A DNA stretch of 64,000 nucleotides from an uncultured Chloroflexia bacterium. GTDB lineage: Bacteria > Chloroflexota > Limnocylindria > Limnocylindrales > CSP1-4. The stretch covers positions 70,021 through 134,020 of the forward strand of contig CAVPPQ010000020.1 in NCBI GenBank assembly GCA_963707395.1, in the 5' to 3' direction. The position numbers were made by a program, and so were the translations under genes. Of this stretch, positions 1 through 9,054 are shown one piece after another; positions within the stretch are counted from its first letter, which is position 1; each line of letters begins with the position of its first letter. Below the pieces are notes generated by a model, which did no database searches, was not told where the DNA came from, and was given only the letters and a program-made list of their open reading frames with translations.

Positions 1-514
1 CACCGGCAACTGGCACGAGTCGCTGAACATGGCAGCCGCCTGGGAGCTGCCGGTCGTCTTCGTGCTGGAGAACAACCACTGGGGCGTCTCCACGCGCATC
101 GAGGACATGGTCAAGGAGCCGGATTTCTCCAAGCGGGCGGCAGGCTACGGCATCCCCGGCGTGCGGGTGGACGGCTTCGACGTGCTGGCCGTGTACGCAG
201 CGGCCTCGGCGGCCGTGGCGCGGGCGCGAGCCGGCGGAGGCCCCACGCTGCTGGTCACAGAGACCTACCGCATGGACGGACACTACGCGGGCGAGCCGGA
301 GGTCTACCGCGACAAGGCGGAGGTCGCCGAGTGGCGCGCCAAGGAGCCCATCGCGCGCTTCCGGCACGACCTGCTCGAGAGCGGCACGGCCACGCAGGCG
401 GACCTGGACGGCATCGACGCCGAGGTCAAGGCGGACCTCGACGAGGGCATCGCCTTCGCGAGGGCCAGCTCTGAGCCTGACCCGGCCACGGCCCTCGACT
501 ACATCTACGCGTAA
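1..514 (+). CDS. TPP-dependent acetoin/pyruvate dehydrogenase E1 component alpha subunit; C-terminal part only, 5' end lies outside the window
   Basis: The translation (ELPVVFVLENNHWGVST...VRVDGFDVLAVY...RMDGH) matches the C-terminal region of 2-oxoacid dehydrogenase E1-alpha (AcoA/PdhA type). The frame runs from the window edge and stops at 512-514. Confidence 0.8.
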   Translation, partial: TGNWHESLNMAAAWELPVVFVLENNHWGVSTRIEDMVKEPDFSKRAAGYGIPGVRVDGFDVLAVYAAASAAVARARAGGGPTLLVTETYRMDGHYAGEPEVYRDKAEVAEWRAKEPIARFRHDLLESGTATQADLDGIDAEVKADLDEGIAFARASSEPDPATALDYIYA

Positions 515-530
515 GGCAGGAGCGACGACG

Positions 531-1622
531 ATGACGACCGAGGTTCGCGACTCCGTCTCGCTGGCCGGCAACGTGCCGGCCATGTCCCCCGACACCATCC
601 GCCAGGTCCCCGATGGCGTGCCCGCCAGGCTCCTGAGCTACCAGGAGGCCATCCGCGAAGCGCTGCGCGAGGAGATGCACCGCGACCCGGCGGTCTTCCT
701 CATGGGCGAGGACATCGCCAAGCACGGCGGTGCCTTCGGCGTGACCCGCACCCTCTTCGACGAGTTCGGCGCAGAGCGGGTCCGCAACACGCCCATCTCG
801 GAGAACACCATCGTCGGTGCCGCCACCGGTGCTGCGCTGGTGGGCATGCGCCCCGTGGCGGAGATCATGTTCGTCGACTTCAGCGGCCTGGCCATGGACC
901 AGATCGCCACGCAGGCCGCCAAGATCCGCTTCATGACCGGCGGCCAGTGCAGCGTGCCGTGGGTCCTGCGCATGCCGCAGGGCGGCGGCGCCGGCAAGTC
1001 CACGGCTGCCCAGCACAGCCAGAGCCTGGAGGTCTGGTTCGCCCACATCCCCGGCCTCAAGGTGGTGCTGCCCTCAACGCCCTACGACGCCAAGGGGCTC
1101 ATGACGGCGGCCATCCGGGACGACAACCCGGTCATCTTCCTGGAGCACAAGCTGCTCTACGCCTTCAAGGGCCTGGTGCCGGAGGCGGACTACGTGGTGC
1201 CACTCGGCCAGTGCGACGTGAAGCGCGAGGGCACGGATGTCACCGTCGTGGCCTCGGGCTACATGGTCTGGCACGCCATGGTCGCGGCGCAGGCGCTGGA
1301 GCCGGAGGGCATCAGCGTGGAGGTCGTGGATGTGCGCACGGTGTCGCCGCTGGACAAGGACACCATCGGCCGCTCGGTCCGCAAGACCGGCCGTGTCGTG
1401 GCCGTCGCTGAAGCCTGCGAGCAGTACGGCCCGGCCAACGAGTGGGCCATGGTGGCCGTCGAGCAGGCCTGGAGCCAGCTCCGCGGGCCGGTCATCCGGG
1501 TGGCCGGGCGCAACTCGCCCATCCCCTTCGCCAACAGCCTGGAGAATGGCGTCTGGCCCGGCACACAGGATGTCATCGACGCCATCCGGGCCTGCGTGTC
1601 CGGCGACGCCCCCGGCGCCTGA
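531..1622 (+). CDS. Acetoin/pyruvate dehydrogenase E1 component beta subunit (transketolase-like pyrimidine-binding fold)
   Basis: The 363-aa ORF (FLMGEDIAKHGGAFGVT...ENTIVGAATGAALVGMRPVAEIMFVDF) shows typical E1-beta motifs. An RBS-like GGAGCG lies upstream of the ATG at 531. It directly follows E1 alpha. Confidence 0.85.
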   Translation: MTTEVRDSVSLAGNVPAMSPDTIRQVPDGVPARLLSYQEAIREALREEMHRDPAVFLMGEDIAKHGGAFGVTRTLFDEFGAERVRNTPISENTIVGAATGAALVGMRPVAEIMFVDFSGLAMDQIATQAAKIRFMTGGQCSVPWVLRMPQGGGAGKSTAAQHSQSLEVWFAHIPGLKVVLPSTPYDAKGLMTAAIRDDNPVIFLEHKLLYAFKGLVPEADYVVPLGQCDVKREGTDVTVVASGYMVWHAMVAAQALEPEGISVEVVDVRTVSPLDKDTIGRSVRKTGRVVAVAEACEQYGPANEWAMVAVEQAWSQLRGPVIRVAGRNSPIPFANSLENGVWPGTQDVIDAIRACVSGDAPGA

Positions 1623-1676
1623 CCTGCGGGCAGCGTGCCCCGGGCGCCTGCCACCCCCGAGCGAAAGGAGCACACC

Positions 1677-1964
1677 ATGGCCACCGAGGTCTTCATCTCC
1701 AAGATGACCGACTTCATGGAGGAGGGCACGATCGTGAGCTGGCTGGTCGCCGAGGGCGACCGGGTCGAGGAGGGCCAGCCCATCGTGGAGCTGGAGACGG
1801 ACAAGGCCACCTCGGAGCTGGAGGCGCCCGCCAGCGGCTACATCGTGGGCATCCGGCCGGGCGTCGTGCCGGGCACGGTCCTGCCGGTCGGGGAGACCAT
1901 CGCCTACATCGTGGACAGCCCCGACGAGGCCGTTGTGCCCCTGCCACCGCTGTCAGCTGGCTGA
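1677..1964 (+). CDS. Stand-alone lipoyl-attachment domain protein (about 95 aa) with no acyltransferase catalytic domain
   Basis: It carries the lipoyl-lysine motif (IVELETDKATSELEAP) within the hallmark EGDRVEEGQPI stretch. A strong RBS (AAAGGAG) precedes the ATG at 1677. The frame stops at 1964, so no E2 catalytic domain follows. Confidence 0.75.
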   Translation: MATEVFISKMTDFMEEGTIVSWLVAEGDRVEEGQPIVELETDKATSELEAPASGYIVGIRPGVVPGTVLPVGETIAYIVDSPDEAVVPLPPLSAG

Positions 1965-1967
1965 GCC

Positions 1968-2780
1968 ATGAGCCTCACCGGACGGACCGCCGTCATCACG
2001 GGTGCCGCCAGCGGCATCGGACGAGGGATCGCGGAACGGCTCCTCGCTGAGGGCATGCCCGTGGCCCTCCTGGACATGGACCCGGGCATCTCGGACATCG
2101 CCGCTACCCTGACCAGCCCGGACCGACGCGCCATCGGCATCGCCACGGACGTCACGAGCAGCACCAGCGTGCGTGCCGCCTTCGAGCGCGCGGAGGGAGA
2201 GCTGGGCCCGCCCTGGCTGCTCGTCAACAGCGCCGGCGTGCTCTCCTACGGGGCCACCGTGGACATGCCGGAAAGCGATTGGGACCGCGTCGTGGATGTC
2301 GACCTCAAGGGCGTCTTCCTCTGCTCGCAAGCGGCGTTGCGCAGCATGCTGCCGCGCGGCGGCGGGCGCATCGTGAACATCTCGTCCATCGCGGGACGCG
2401 TTGCCCGGCCCACCCAGATCGCCTACTGCGCGGCCAAGGCAGGCGCCGATCACTTCACGCGCTGCCTCGCCGTCGAGGTCGCCAGCGCCGGTGTCACCGT
2501 CAATTCCGTGGCGCCCGGCATGACCCGCTCCGTGATGCTCGAACGGGTCATCGCACGCGGAGGCAGCGAGGAGGATCTCCTGGCGCTGATCCCGGACGGG
2601 CGCTTCGCCTTGCCCGAGGATCATGCCGCGCTCGTGGCCTGGCTGGCGAGCGATGAGGCCTCGCACGTCACCGGGCAGGTCATCGATGTGGACGGCGGCC
2701 AGTCGCTGTTCGCTCCCATCGTGCGGCGAACGGGACCGCTGCCGGCAGCGGCGACCAGCAAATCGTCCCGGGCGGGCTGA
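1968..2780 (+). CDS. SDR-family NAD(P)-dependent oxidoreductase
   Basis: It has the Rossmann motif TGAASGIGRGIA, the catalytic YxxxK (YCAAK) and an NSAG motif. Length is 270 aa. Confidence 0.85.
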   Translation: MSLTGRTAVITGAASGIGRGIAERLLAEGMPVALLDMDPGISDIAATLTSPDRRAIGIATDVTSSTSVRAAFERAEGELGPPWLLVNSAGVLSYGATVDMPESDWDRVVDVDLKGVFLCSQAALRSMLPRGGGRIVNISSIAGRVARPTQIAYCAAKAGADHFTRCLAVEVASAGVTVNSVAPGMTRSVMLERVIARGGSEEDLLALIPDGRFALPEDHAALVAWLASDEASHVTGQVIDVDGGQSLFAPIVRRTGPLPAAATSKSSRAG

Positions 2781-2817
2781 CGGACGCTCCGGGCAATCTG
2801 ATCAGGAGGAGGGAACG

Positions 2818-3597
2818 GTGACCGAGTCGACTGGTCGCCTGCAGGGCAAGCGAGCCTTCGTGACGGGGGCCGGCACCGGCATCGGACGCGCCGTGGCCGT
2901 GCGTTTCGCACAGGATGGGGCCAAGGTGGGGCTCATCGGCCGCCGGGTGGAGCCACTGGAAGAGACTGCCGCGCTCATCGCCGAGTTCGGTGGCACGGCC
3001 CTCGTGACGCCCTGCGACGTCTCGAAGGAGGACCAGGTCGAACGGGCCGTGGCAGCCATCAAGGAAGCCTTCGGCGGCATCGACACCGTCGTCGGCGTGG
3101 CCGGCATCGAGCTCATGGGCGTCGGGGATGACCGCATCGACCGGGTCGAGATGTCGATCTGGCAGCAGACCATCGACGTCAACCTGACGGGCATGTTCCT
3201 GACCTGCAAGCACGGCACGCGGGCCCTGCTCGAGTCGGGCGGCGGTTCCATCACCATCACCGGGTCGCCGTGCGGCCAATTGGGCTTCTGCAGCGACCAG
3301 GCCGCCTACAGCGCCAGCAAGTCCGGCACGCACGGCCTGGTGCGCGGCATGGCGGCCGACCTGGCCACGGAGAACATCCGCGTCAACTGCGTCATCCCGG
3401 GCTTCATCGCGACGCCGCTCACGACCCAGGTCTTCGAGGATCCAGCGTGGCTGGGATCGCTCGAGAAGATGATCCCCATGCACCGCGCCGGACAGCCGGA
3501 CGAGGTGGCCACCATGTACGCCTGGCTGGCCTCGGACGAGGCCTCCTATGTGACGGGCGCTTTCTTCACCGTGGATGGCGGCGAGACGGCGGTCTGA
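2818..3597 (+). CDS. SDR-family oxidoreductase (second paralog)
   Basis: A GTG start at 2818 follows an AGGAGGA RBS. It shows TGAGTGIGRAVA and YSASK motifs. The longer ORF that begins at 2623 overlaps SDR1 and is rejected as the real start. Confidence 0.8.
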   Translation: MTESTGRLQGKRAFVTGAGTGIGRAVAVRFAQDGAKVGLIGRRVEPLEETAALIAEFGGTALVTPCDVSKEDQVERAVAAIKEAFGGIDTVVGVAGIELMGVGDDRIDRVEMSIWQQTIDVNLTGMFLTCKHGTRALLESGGGSITITGSPCGQLGFCSDQAAYSASKSGTHGLVRGMAADLATENIRVNCVIPGFIATPLTTQVFEDPAWLGSLEKMIPMHRAGQPDEVATMYAWLASDEASYVTGAFFTVDGGETAV

Positions 3598-3751
3598 CGC
3601 CGCAGGCAGCGGACTCGGCGTGGTGGACAGGCATACTGGTACACCGGTTGACCACAGCACGGGGACGTGTCAGGATGGCAGGCACAACGACCGCTTGAGT
3701 TAGGCCGGCTCGCGACGGGAGCGCGATCGGCGGCAACGTGGAGGGAGGGTC

Positions 3752-5287
3752 ATGACCGCGGACGCGGATCCGACAGTCCAGGCGCTGCGCCTCGAGGTGC
3801 GATCCTGCTGGAAGGAGTTCCCAGGCGTCCAGGCCCTGCGAGACGTCTCCACGGACGTGCGCCGCGGCGAGATCCACGCGCTCCTGGGCGAGAACGGCGC
3901 CGGCAAGTCCACGCTGGGCAAGGTCATCGGCGGCGTCTATCAGGCGGATGCCGGCGAGGTCCTGCTGGACGGCAACGTCCTGGGTCGCATCGATGAGCAC
4001 ACAGCCGCCCGCCTCGGGGTCGCCATCGTGCACCAGGAGGGCTCGCTGGTCCCACAGCTGTCCGTCGCGGAGAACGTCTTCGCAGGGCACGCGCCCAAGC
4101 TCTCGCTGGGACGCGTGGATCGCAAGGAATCGGCGCGCCGCACCCGGGCCCTGATGATGGACCTCGGGGTGGACATCGCTCCCGAAGCGCCGGTCTACTC
4201 GCTCTCCACCGCCCAGGCCCAGGTCGTCGAGATCGCCAAGGGCCTCTCGCACGAGCTGCGCCTGCTCATCCTGGATGAGCCGACGGCATCGCTGACCCTG
4301 ACCGAGTCGGCCCGCCTCTTCGAGATCCTGCGACGGCTTCGGGACTCGGGCGTTTCGATCATCTACATCAGCCACCGGCTGGCGGAGATCTTCCAGCTCT
4401 GCGACCGCGTCACGGTCCTCAAGGACGGCGCGGTGACAGGGACGCGAGATGTCGCGGCCACCACGCAGGACGAGCTCATCCGGCTGATGGTCGGTCGCGA
4501 CGTGCTCTTCCAGCGGGGTGACACGGTGCCGCCTGGTGAGGTCGTGCTGGAAGTCGAGCACCTCTCGTCCGCCCCGGTCGTGCAGGACGTGTCCTTCCAG
4601 GTCCGCGCCGGCGAGCTGGTCTGTCTCTCCGGGCTGGTGGGCTCAGGGCGCTCGGAGACCTGCCAGGCCATCTTCGGCGTGCACCGCCGCACTGGCGGGG
4701 TCGTCCGCCTCAACGGCAGGGACGTCGACTTCGGCGGGCCCTGGGACGCCATCGCGGCCGGCATCGGGATGATGCCGGAGGACCGCAAGGTGGCCGGCCT
4801 GTTCCTGGGGCACTCGGTCGCCCAGAACATCGCGGCGACGGTGCTCGGCAAGGTCTCCCGGAACGGCGTCCTCTCGCGACAGGCCATGGAGGAGATGGCC
4901 AAGCGCTATATCAGCGACCTGAACATCTCCACACCATCGACGCAGCAGCTCCTGGAGAAGCTTTCCGGCGGCAACCAGCAGAAGGTGCTGCTGGCCAAAT
5001 GGCTGGCGCCGGAGCCACGCCTGCTCATCGTCGACGAGCCCACGCGCGGCGTGGACGTGGGCGCACGGGCGGAGATCTACCGGATCCTGGGGGATCTGAA
5101 GAAGCGGGGGCTGGCCATCGTGGTCGTGTCCTCTGACCTGCCTGAGGTGCTGACCCTGGCCGATCGCATCGTCGTCATGGCGTACGGTCGCACGGTCGGC
5201 GAGCTCGATGGCGCCACTGCAACGGAGGAAGACGTGCTTCGCCTGGCTACCAAGATCACGGCCCAAACGACGGCGGTGGCGGCATGA
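3752..5287 (+). CDS. Sugar ABC transporter ATP-binding protein with duplicated nucleotide-binding domains (CUT2 / RbsA-MglA-like)
   Basis: It has two Walker A sites (GENGAGKST and the second-half GLVGSGRSE) and two LSGG signature motifs. Length is 511 aa. Confidence 0.9.
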   Translation: MTADADPTVQALRLEVRSCWKEFPGVQALRDVSTDVRRGEIHALLGENGAGKSTLGKVIGGVYQADAGEVLLDGNVLGRIDEHTAARLGVAIVHQEGSLVPQLSVAENVFAGHAPKLSLGRVDRKESARRTRALMMDLGVDIAPEAPVYSLSTAQAQVVEIAKGLSHELRLLILDEPTASLTLTESARLFEILRRLRDSGVSIIYISHRLAEIFQLCDRVTVLKDGAVTGTRDVAATTQDELIRLMVGRDVLFQRGDTVPPGEVVLEVEHLSSAPVVQDVSFQVRAGELVCLSGLVGSGRSETCQAIFGVHRRTGGVVRLNGRDVDFGGPWDAIAAGIGMMPEDRKVAGLFLGHSVAQNIAATVLGKVSRNGVLSRQAMEEMAKRYISDLNISTPSTQQLLEKLSGGNQQKVLLAKWLAPEPRLLIVDEPTRGVDVGARAEIYRILGDLKKRGLAIVVVSSDLPEVLTLADRIVVMAYGRTVGELDGATATEEDVLRLATKITAQTTAVAA

Positions 5288-6312
5288 CGCAGAGCGCCGC
5301 CGAATCCTCCGGAGCCGTGCCCAGCACGCCGCACGCCCCGGCGCAGAAGCAGGACAGCCTGCTCTCGCGCATCCTCGTCACGCTCGCCGAGTCGCGCGAG
5401 CTGACCCTCTTCGCGCTCATCGTCATCCTCGTCGTGGCGATGACGGTCCTCTACCCCAACAACTTCCCCACCGAGTCCAACATCTCGGCCATCCTCCTCA
5501 ACGCCGCCCAGAACGGGATCCTCGTGACGGGCATGATGCTGCTCTTCATCGCGGGCTTCTTCGACCTCTCGGTGGGCTCCATCCTGGCCCTCGCCGGCGT
5601 GTGGGCCGGGGTCGTCGTGGCCCAGTGGGGCTACCCGGCGCCGGTCGGCATCCTGGTCGGCTGCACGGTGGGCATCCTGGCCGGCGCCTTCAACGGCTTC
5701 CTCGTCACGAAGGTCGGGATCAACGCCCTCATCACGACGCTTGGCACCCTGGCCATCTTCCGAGGCCTGACCTACGTCACCGCCGGGACCGGCGTCACGC
5801 CCATCGGTGACGAGTTCAAGACCTATGGCCAGACCGACTTCCTGGGTCTCCAGTCGCCCTTCTGGGTCATGCTGGCCATCGTCCTCGTCATGGCCTGGGC
5901 GGTCTCGCGAACGGCCTTCTTCCGGCAGTACTACTTCATCGGCGGCAATTCCCGGGCCGCCCAATTGTCCGGCATCCGGGTGGCTCGCTTGACCTTCACC
6001 GCCTTCGTCCTCATGGGCTTTCTGGCAGGCGTCGCCGGCGTCCTGGGGGCCGCCCGTCTCAACAGCGCGGTCGTCTCGGCTGGCATCGGCGTGGAACTCT
6101 CCGTCATCACGGCCGCCGTCCTGGGCGGTGCCAGCCTGCGCGGTGGCGAGGGCTCCATCATCGGCGGTGTCCTGGGCGTGCTCTTCATCGCCCTGGTCTC
6201 CAACGCCATGATCATCAACGGCATCGGCGTCTTCTGGCAGCCCATCGTCACGGGCACGGTGCTCTTGCTGGCCGTGTCACTCGACCGCTTCCGCAGATCC
6301 CGCCGGGCCTGA
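5284..6312 (+). CDS. Sugar ABC transporter permease (RbsC-like)
   Basis: It forms an ATGA overlap with the upstream ATPase. It is multi-pass hydrophobic at 342 aa and carries a typical RbsC-family EAA-like region. Confidence 0.85.
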   Translation: MTQSAAESSGAVPSTPHAPAQKQDSLLSRILVTLAESRELTLFALIVILVVAMTVLYPNNFPTESNISAILLNAAQNGILVTGMMLLFIAGFFDLSVGSILALAGVWAGVVVAQWGYPAPVGILVGCTVGILAGAFNGFLVTKVGINALITTLGTLAIFRGLTYVTAGTGVTPIGDEFKTYGQTDFLGLQSPFWVMLAIVLVMAWAVSRTAFFRQYYFIGGNSRAAQLSGIRVARLTFTAFVLMGFLAGVAGVLGAARLNSAVVSAGIGVELSVITAAVLGGASLRGGEGSIIGGVLGVLFIALVSNAMIINGIGVFWQPIVTGTVLLLAVSLDRFRRSRRA

Positions 6313-6438
6313 GCGGCCCGGCGGACCACCGCGACGCGAACCCGCAGGGGAAGGAGGAGCCATCGAGCAGGGTCACGAGCCACCGCCGACGATCGGCACC
6401 AACGGAGCACGGAACACACGTGTGGAGGGATATCCCCT

Positions 6439-7446
6439 GTGAAGCGTTTTAGTCGCCTGGCGCTCCTCGTGAGCCTCGCTGTGGTCGCCACCGGCCTGCC
6501 CGCTCAGGCGCAGGAATCGGTCTTCGGTCCCGAGGACGCGACCGAGGTCTACTACTGGGTCTCCAACAAGGCCAACCTGCCGCTCTTCGTGCAGTACGAC
6601 TACGTGGGCATGGAGAAGATCGCCAACGAGCTTGGCGTGCAGGTCCGCGTGGCCGGCCCGACCGACTTCGACCTGCCCGGCTTCATCGCCGCCGTCGACC
6701 AGGTCTGCGCGCAGAAGCCCGCCGGCGTCTCCGTCGTGGGCGGCTGGGACCCGTCGCTGACCGAGTCGGTCAAGAAGTGCATCGAGGCCGGCGTGCCGAC
6801 CGTCGTGGACGACGGCGACCTGCCTGACTCCGGGCGCCTCTCCTACATCGGCACGGACTGGTCCGCCATCGGCGAGGCTCAGGCCAAGGCCATGATGGCG
6901 GCCCTGCCGGACGGCGGCAAGCTGGCCACCATGTCCATCATCAACGCCAACAACATGCGCGAAGGCGTCAAGGGCTTCGTTGACTACATCGAAGCCAACG
7001 GCGAGGGCAAGTACGAGCTCGTCGCCAATGAGGACGACAACGGTGACTCGGCCAAGGCGGCCGAGGTGACCGCGGCCGTGCTGGCAGCACACCCGGACAT
7101 CGCCGGCATCGCGGGCTTCGACTCCGAGTCCGGCGCGGGCATCGCGCTGGCCCTTCAGGAGGCCGGCAAGCAGCCGGGTGAGGTCGTCGTCACGGCCATG
7201 GAGCAGACGCCCGACTTCTTCAACACGGTCAAGGACGGCTGGGTCGACTCGATCATCGTCCAGAACCGCGAGCTCTTCATCTACTACGCGGTCAAGATGC
7301 TCTACGACTACAACCACAACGGCCTCAAGACGTCCGGCCTGACCGGCGCTGAGGGCGGCGTACCGATCCCGCCGACCGTCGACACGGGCGTGCTGGTCGT
7401 CAACTCGGACAACGTGGACAAGGTGCTGGCCACCTTCGAACAGTAG
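6439..7446 (+). CDS. Sugar ABC transporter periplasmic substrate-binding protein (RbsB/type-I PBP fold)
   Basis: A GTG start follows a GGAGGG RBS. The signal peptide is MKRFSRLALLVSLAVVATGLPAQA. Length is 335 aa. Confidence 0.85.
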   Translation: MKRFSRLALLVSLAVVATGLPAQAQESVFGPEDATEVYYWVSNKANLPLFVQYDYVGMEKIANELGVQVRVAGPTDFDLPGFIAAVDQVCAQKPAGVSVVGGWDPSLTESVKKCIEAGVPTVVDDGDLPDSGRLSYIGTDWSAIGEAQAKAMMAALPDGGKLATMSIINANNMREGVKGFVDYIEANGEGKYELVANEDDNGDSAKAAEVTAAVLAAHPDIAGIAGFDSESGAGIALALQEAGKQPGEVVVTAMEQTPDFFNTVKDGWVDSIIVQNRELFIYYAVKMLYDYNHNGLKTSGLTGAEGGVPIPPTVDTGVLVVNSDNVDKVLATFEQ

Positions 7447-7537
7447 GGTCCTCCTCCTCTTGAGAACGGCCCCCGGCCTGACGCCGGGGGCCGTTCTCTC
7501 TTCGCTGCGACGCACATCCCGAGAGAGGCACATCGAC

Positions 7538-8329
7538 ATGACGACACGGATCCGCTACCTGGGCGTGGCTGCCTACGAGATCGTGGGCCCGCGGCACCGC
7601 ATCCTCATGGATCCCTTCCTGACCGGCAGCCTGACGGCACCCTGCGGGCCGGATGACCTGGAGACCCCGGACGTCATCCTCGTGAGCCATCCGCCCGTCG
7701 ATCACCTCGGAGACGCGGCCGAGATCGCCATCCGCACCGGGGCGCCCATCGTCTGCGGCAACGACAGCCGTCTGCTGCTCCTGGAGCGCGGTGTCCCGCC
7801 CGAGCAGATCCGTCACACCATCTGGGGCATCAAGATCCTCATCGGCGAGGACCTCCTCATCCGGCCCGTGGAGTGCCGTCACTGGGCGGGCGCCCAGCTC
7901 AAGGACGGCCGCTTCGTACCGGGCTTCCCGCTGGCCTTCATCGTGGAGACCGAGCCGGGCGTGCGCATCTACCACTTCGGGGATTCCGCGGTCTTCGGGG
8001 ACATGCGCTTCATCGGCCAGCTGCACCAGCCCACCGTGGGCCTGCTCGGCTGCAGCCAGCCGTACGAGCTGCTGCCGAAGGTCTACACCGGTGCGGGCCA
8101 GGTCGTCACGGGCGAGATGTCACCCCTGGAGGCCGCCATGGCAGCGGAGCTGCTTGGCGTCAAGTTCGCCGTCGCGAGCCATTACTACGACCCCGATCAC
8201 GCTGACGTCCAGGAGTTCCTGGCCGAGGTGCCCAGGCAGGACACGACGGGCAAGCGGGTGCCCCTGGCCATGCGGCCGAATGAGGTCCTCGTCATCGACG
8301 GCGACGACTGGCGGATCGAGCAGGCCTAG
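7538..8329 (+). CDS. MBL-fold metallo-hydrolase (possibly a lactonase or phosphodiesterase)
   Basis: The motifs HPPVDHLGD, the CGND stretch and a His-rich C-terminal half (HFGDSAVFGD, ASHYYD) fit the metallo-beta-lactamase fold. I chose the ATG at 7538 (MTTRIRYLGV) over the longer 7460 ORF. Confidence 0.65.
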   Translation: MTTRIRYLGVAAYEIVGPRHRILMDPFLTGSLTAPCGPDDLETPDVILVSHPPVDHLGDAAEIAIRTGAPIVCGNDSRLLLLERGVPPEQIRHTIWGIKILIGEDLLIRPVECRHWAGAQLKDGRFVPGFPLAFIVETEPGVRIYHFGDSAVFGDMRFIGQLHQPTVGLLGCSQPYELLPKVYTGAGQVVTGEMSPLEAAMAAELLGVKFAVASHYYDPDHADVQEFLAEVPRQDTTGKRVPLAMRPNEVLVIDGDDWRIEQA

Positions 8330-9054
8330 ACCGGCTCCTCCTCGGGCAGCGCCCGCAGGATCTCCTGGTTGGCGCGATCGATGGCCACACCCATGGCTGC
8401 GCGGGCGGCCGGGTCATCACCTGCCGCGATGGCGTCGATGACGGCCGCGGCGTCCGCGGCCTGAACGTCCATGGCTTCCCTGGAGAGCGGCACCCGGGCC
8501 ACCCAGAACTGCAGCAGCGAGCGGATCGTGGCTGCCGCACCGGCCAGGACGTCGTTGTCGGCCACCTCCGTGACGGCGCGCAGGAAGGCCGCCTGGGCAG
8601 CGGCGAACCGCACCGGGTCGCGGTGGGCGGCCTTCATGGCCGCGTGGAGGGCGCGCAGGTCGGCCATGTCGCGCTCATCCCGGCGCACGGCCGCCAGGCC
8701 GGCCAGGATGACGTCGAGGTGTCGGCGCGCCTCGAGCAGGTCGGGCACGTGGCCGGCGCCCAGGACGAGCCCCCACTCGATCGACTCGGGCAGGATGTCC
8801 GCGTCCACGCGCTTGACGTAGGTGCCGTCCCCGAGGCGCACCTCGAGCAGGCCCAGCAGCGTCAACGACTTGAGCGCCTCCCGGACGACGGAGCGGCCGA
8901 CCCCCAGGACCTCCGCCAGCTTGCGCTCTGGAGGCAGCCTGTCGCCTGGCTGGACGCGCCCGGAGAGCAGGTAGTCCAGCAGCTGCCGACTGATGGAGAT
9001 GGTCGTCCCTTCGCGCCGCGACAGATCGAGCGGCTGCAGCGATCCACCCGTCAT
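8326..9054 (-). CDS. GntR-family transcriptional regulator, FadR (FCD) subfamily
   Basis: It has an N-terminal winged HTH (RLPPERKLAEVLGVGRSVVREAL) and a C-terminal FCD-like helical domain. Length is 242 aa. Confidence 0.85.
   Translation of the reverse strand: MTGGSLQPLDLSRREGTTISISRQLLDYLLSGRVQPGDRLPPERKLAEVLGVGRSVVREALKSLTLLGLLEVRLGDGTYVKRVDADILPESIEWGLVLGAGHVPDLLEARRHLDVILAGLAAVRRDERDMADLRALHAAMKAAHRDPVRFAAAQAAFLRAVTEVADNDVLAGAAATIRSLLQFWVARVPLSREAMDVQAADAAAVIDAIAAGDDPAARAAMGVAIDRANQEILRALPEEEPV

Noticed and set aside
2623-3597. Longer version of the second SDR gene starting at 2623
   Set aside because: The upstream extension overlaps SDR1 and lacks SDR motifs. The GTG at 2818 with an AGGAGGA RBS fits better.
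6373-7539. 388-aa minus-strand ORF
   Set aside because: It is antisense to the substrate-binding protein gene and has no recognisable features.
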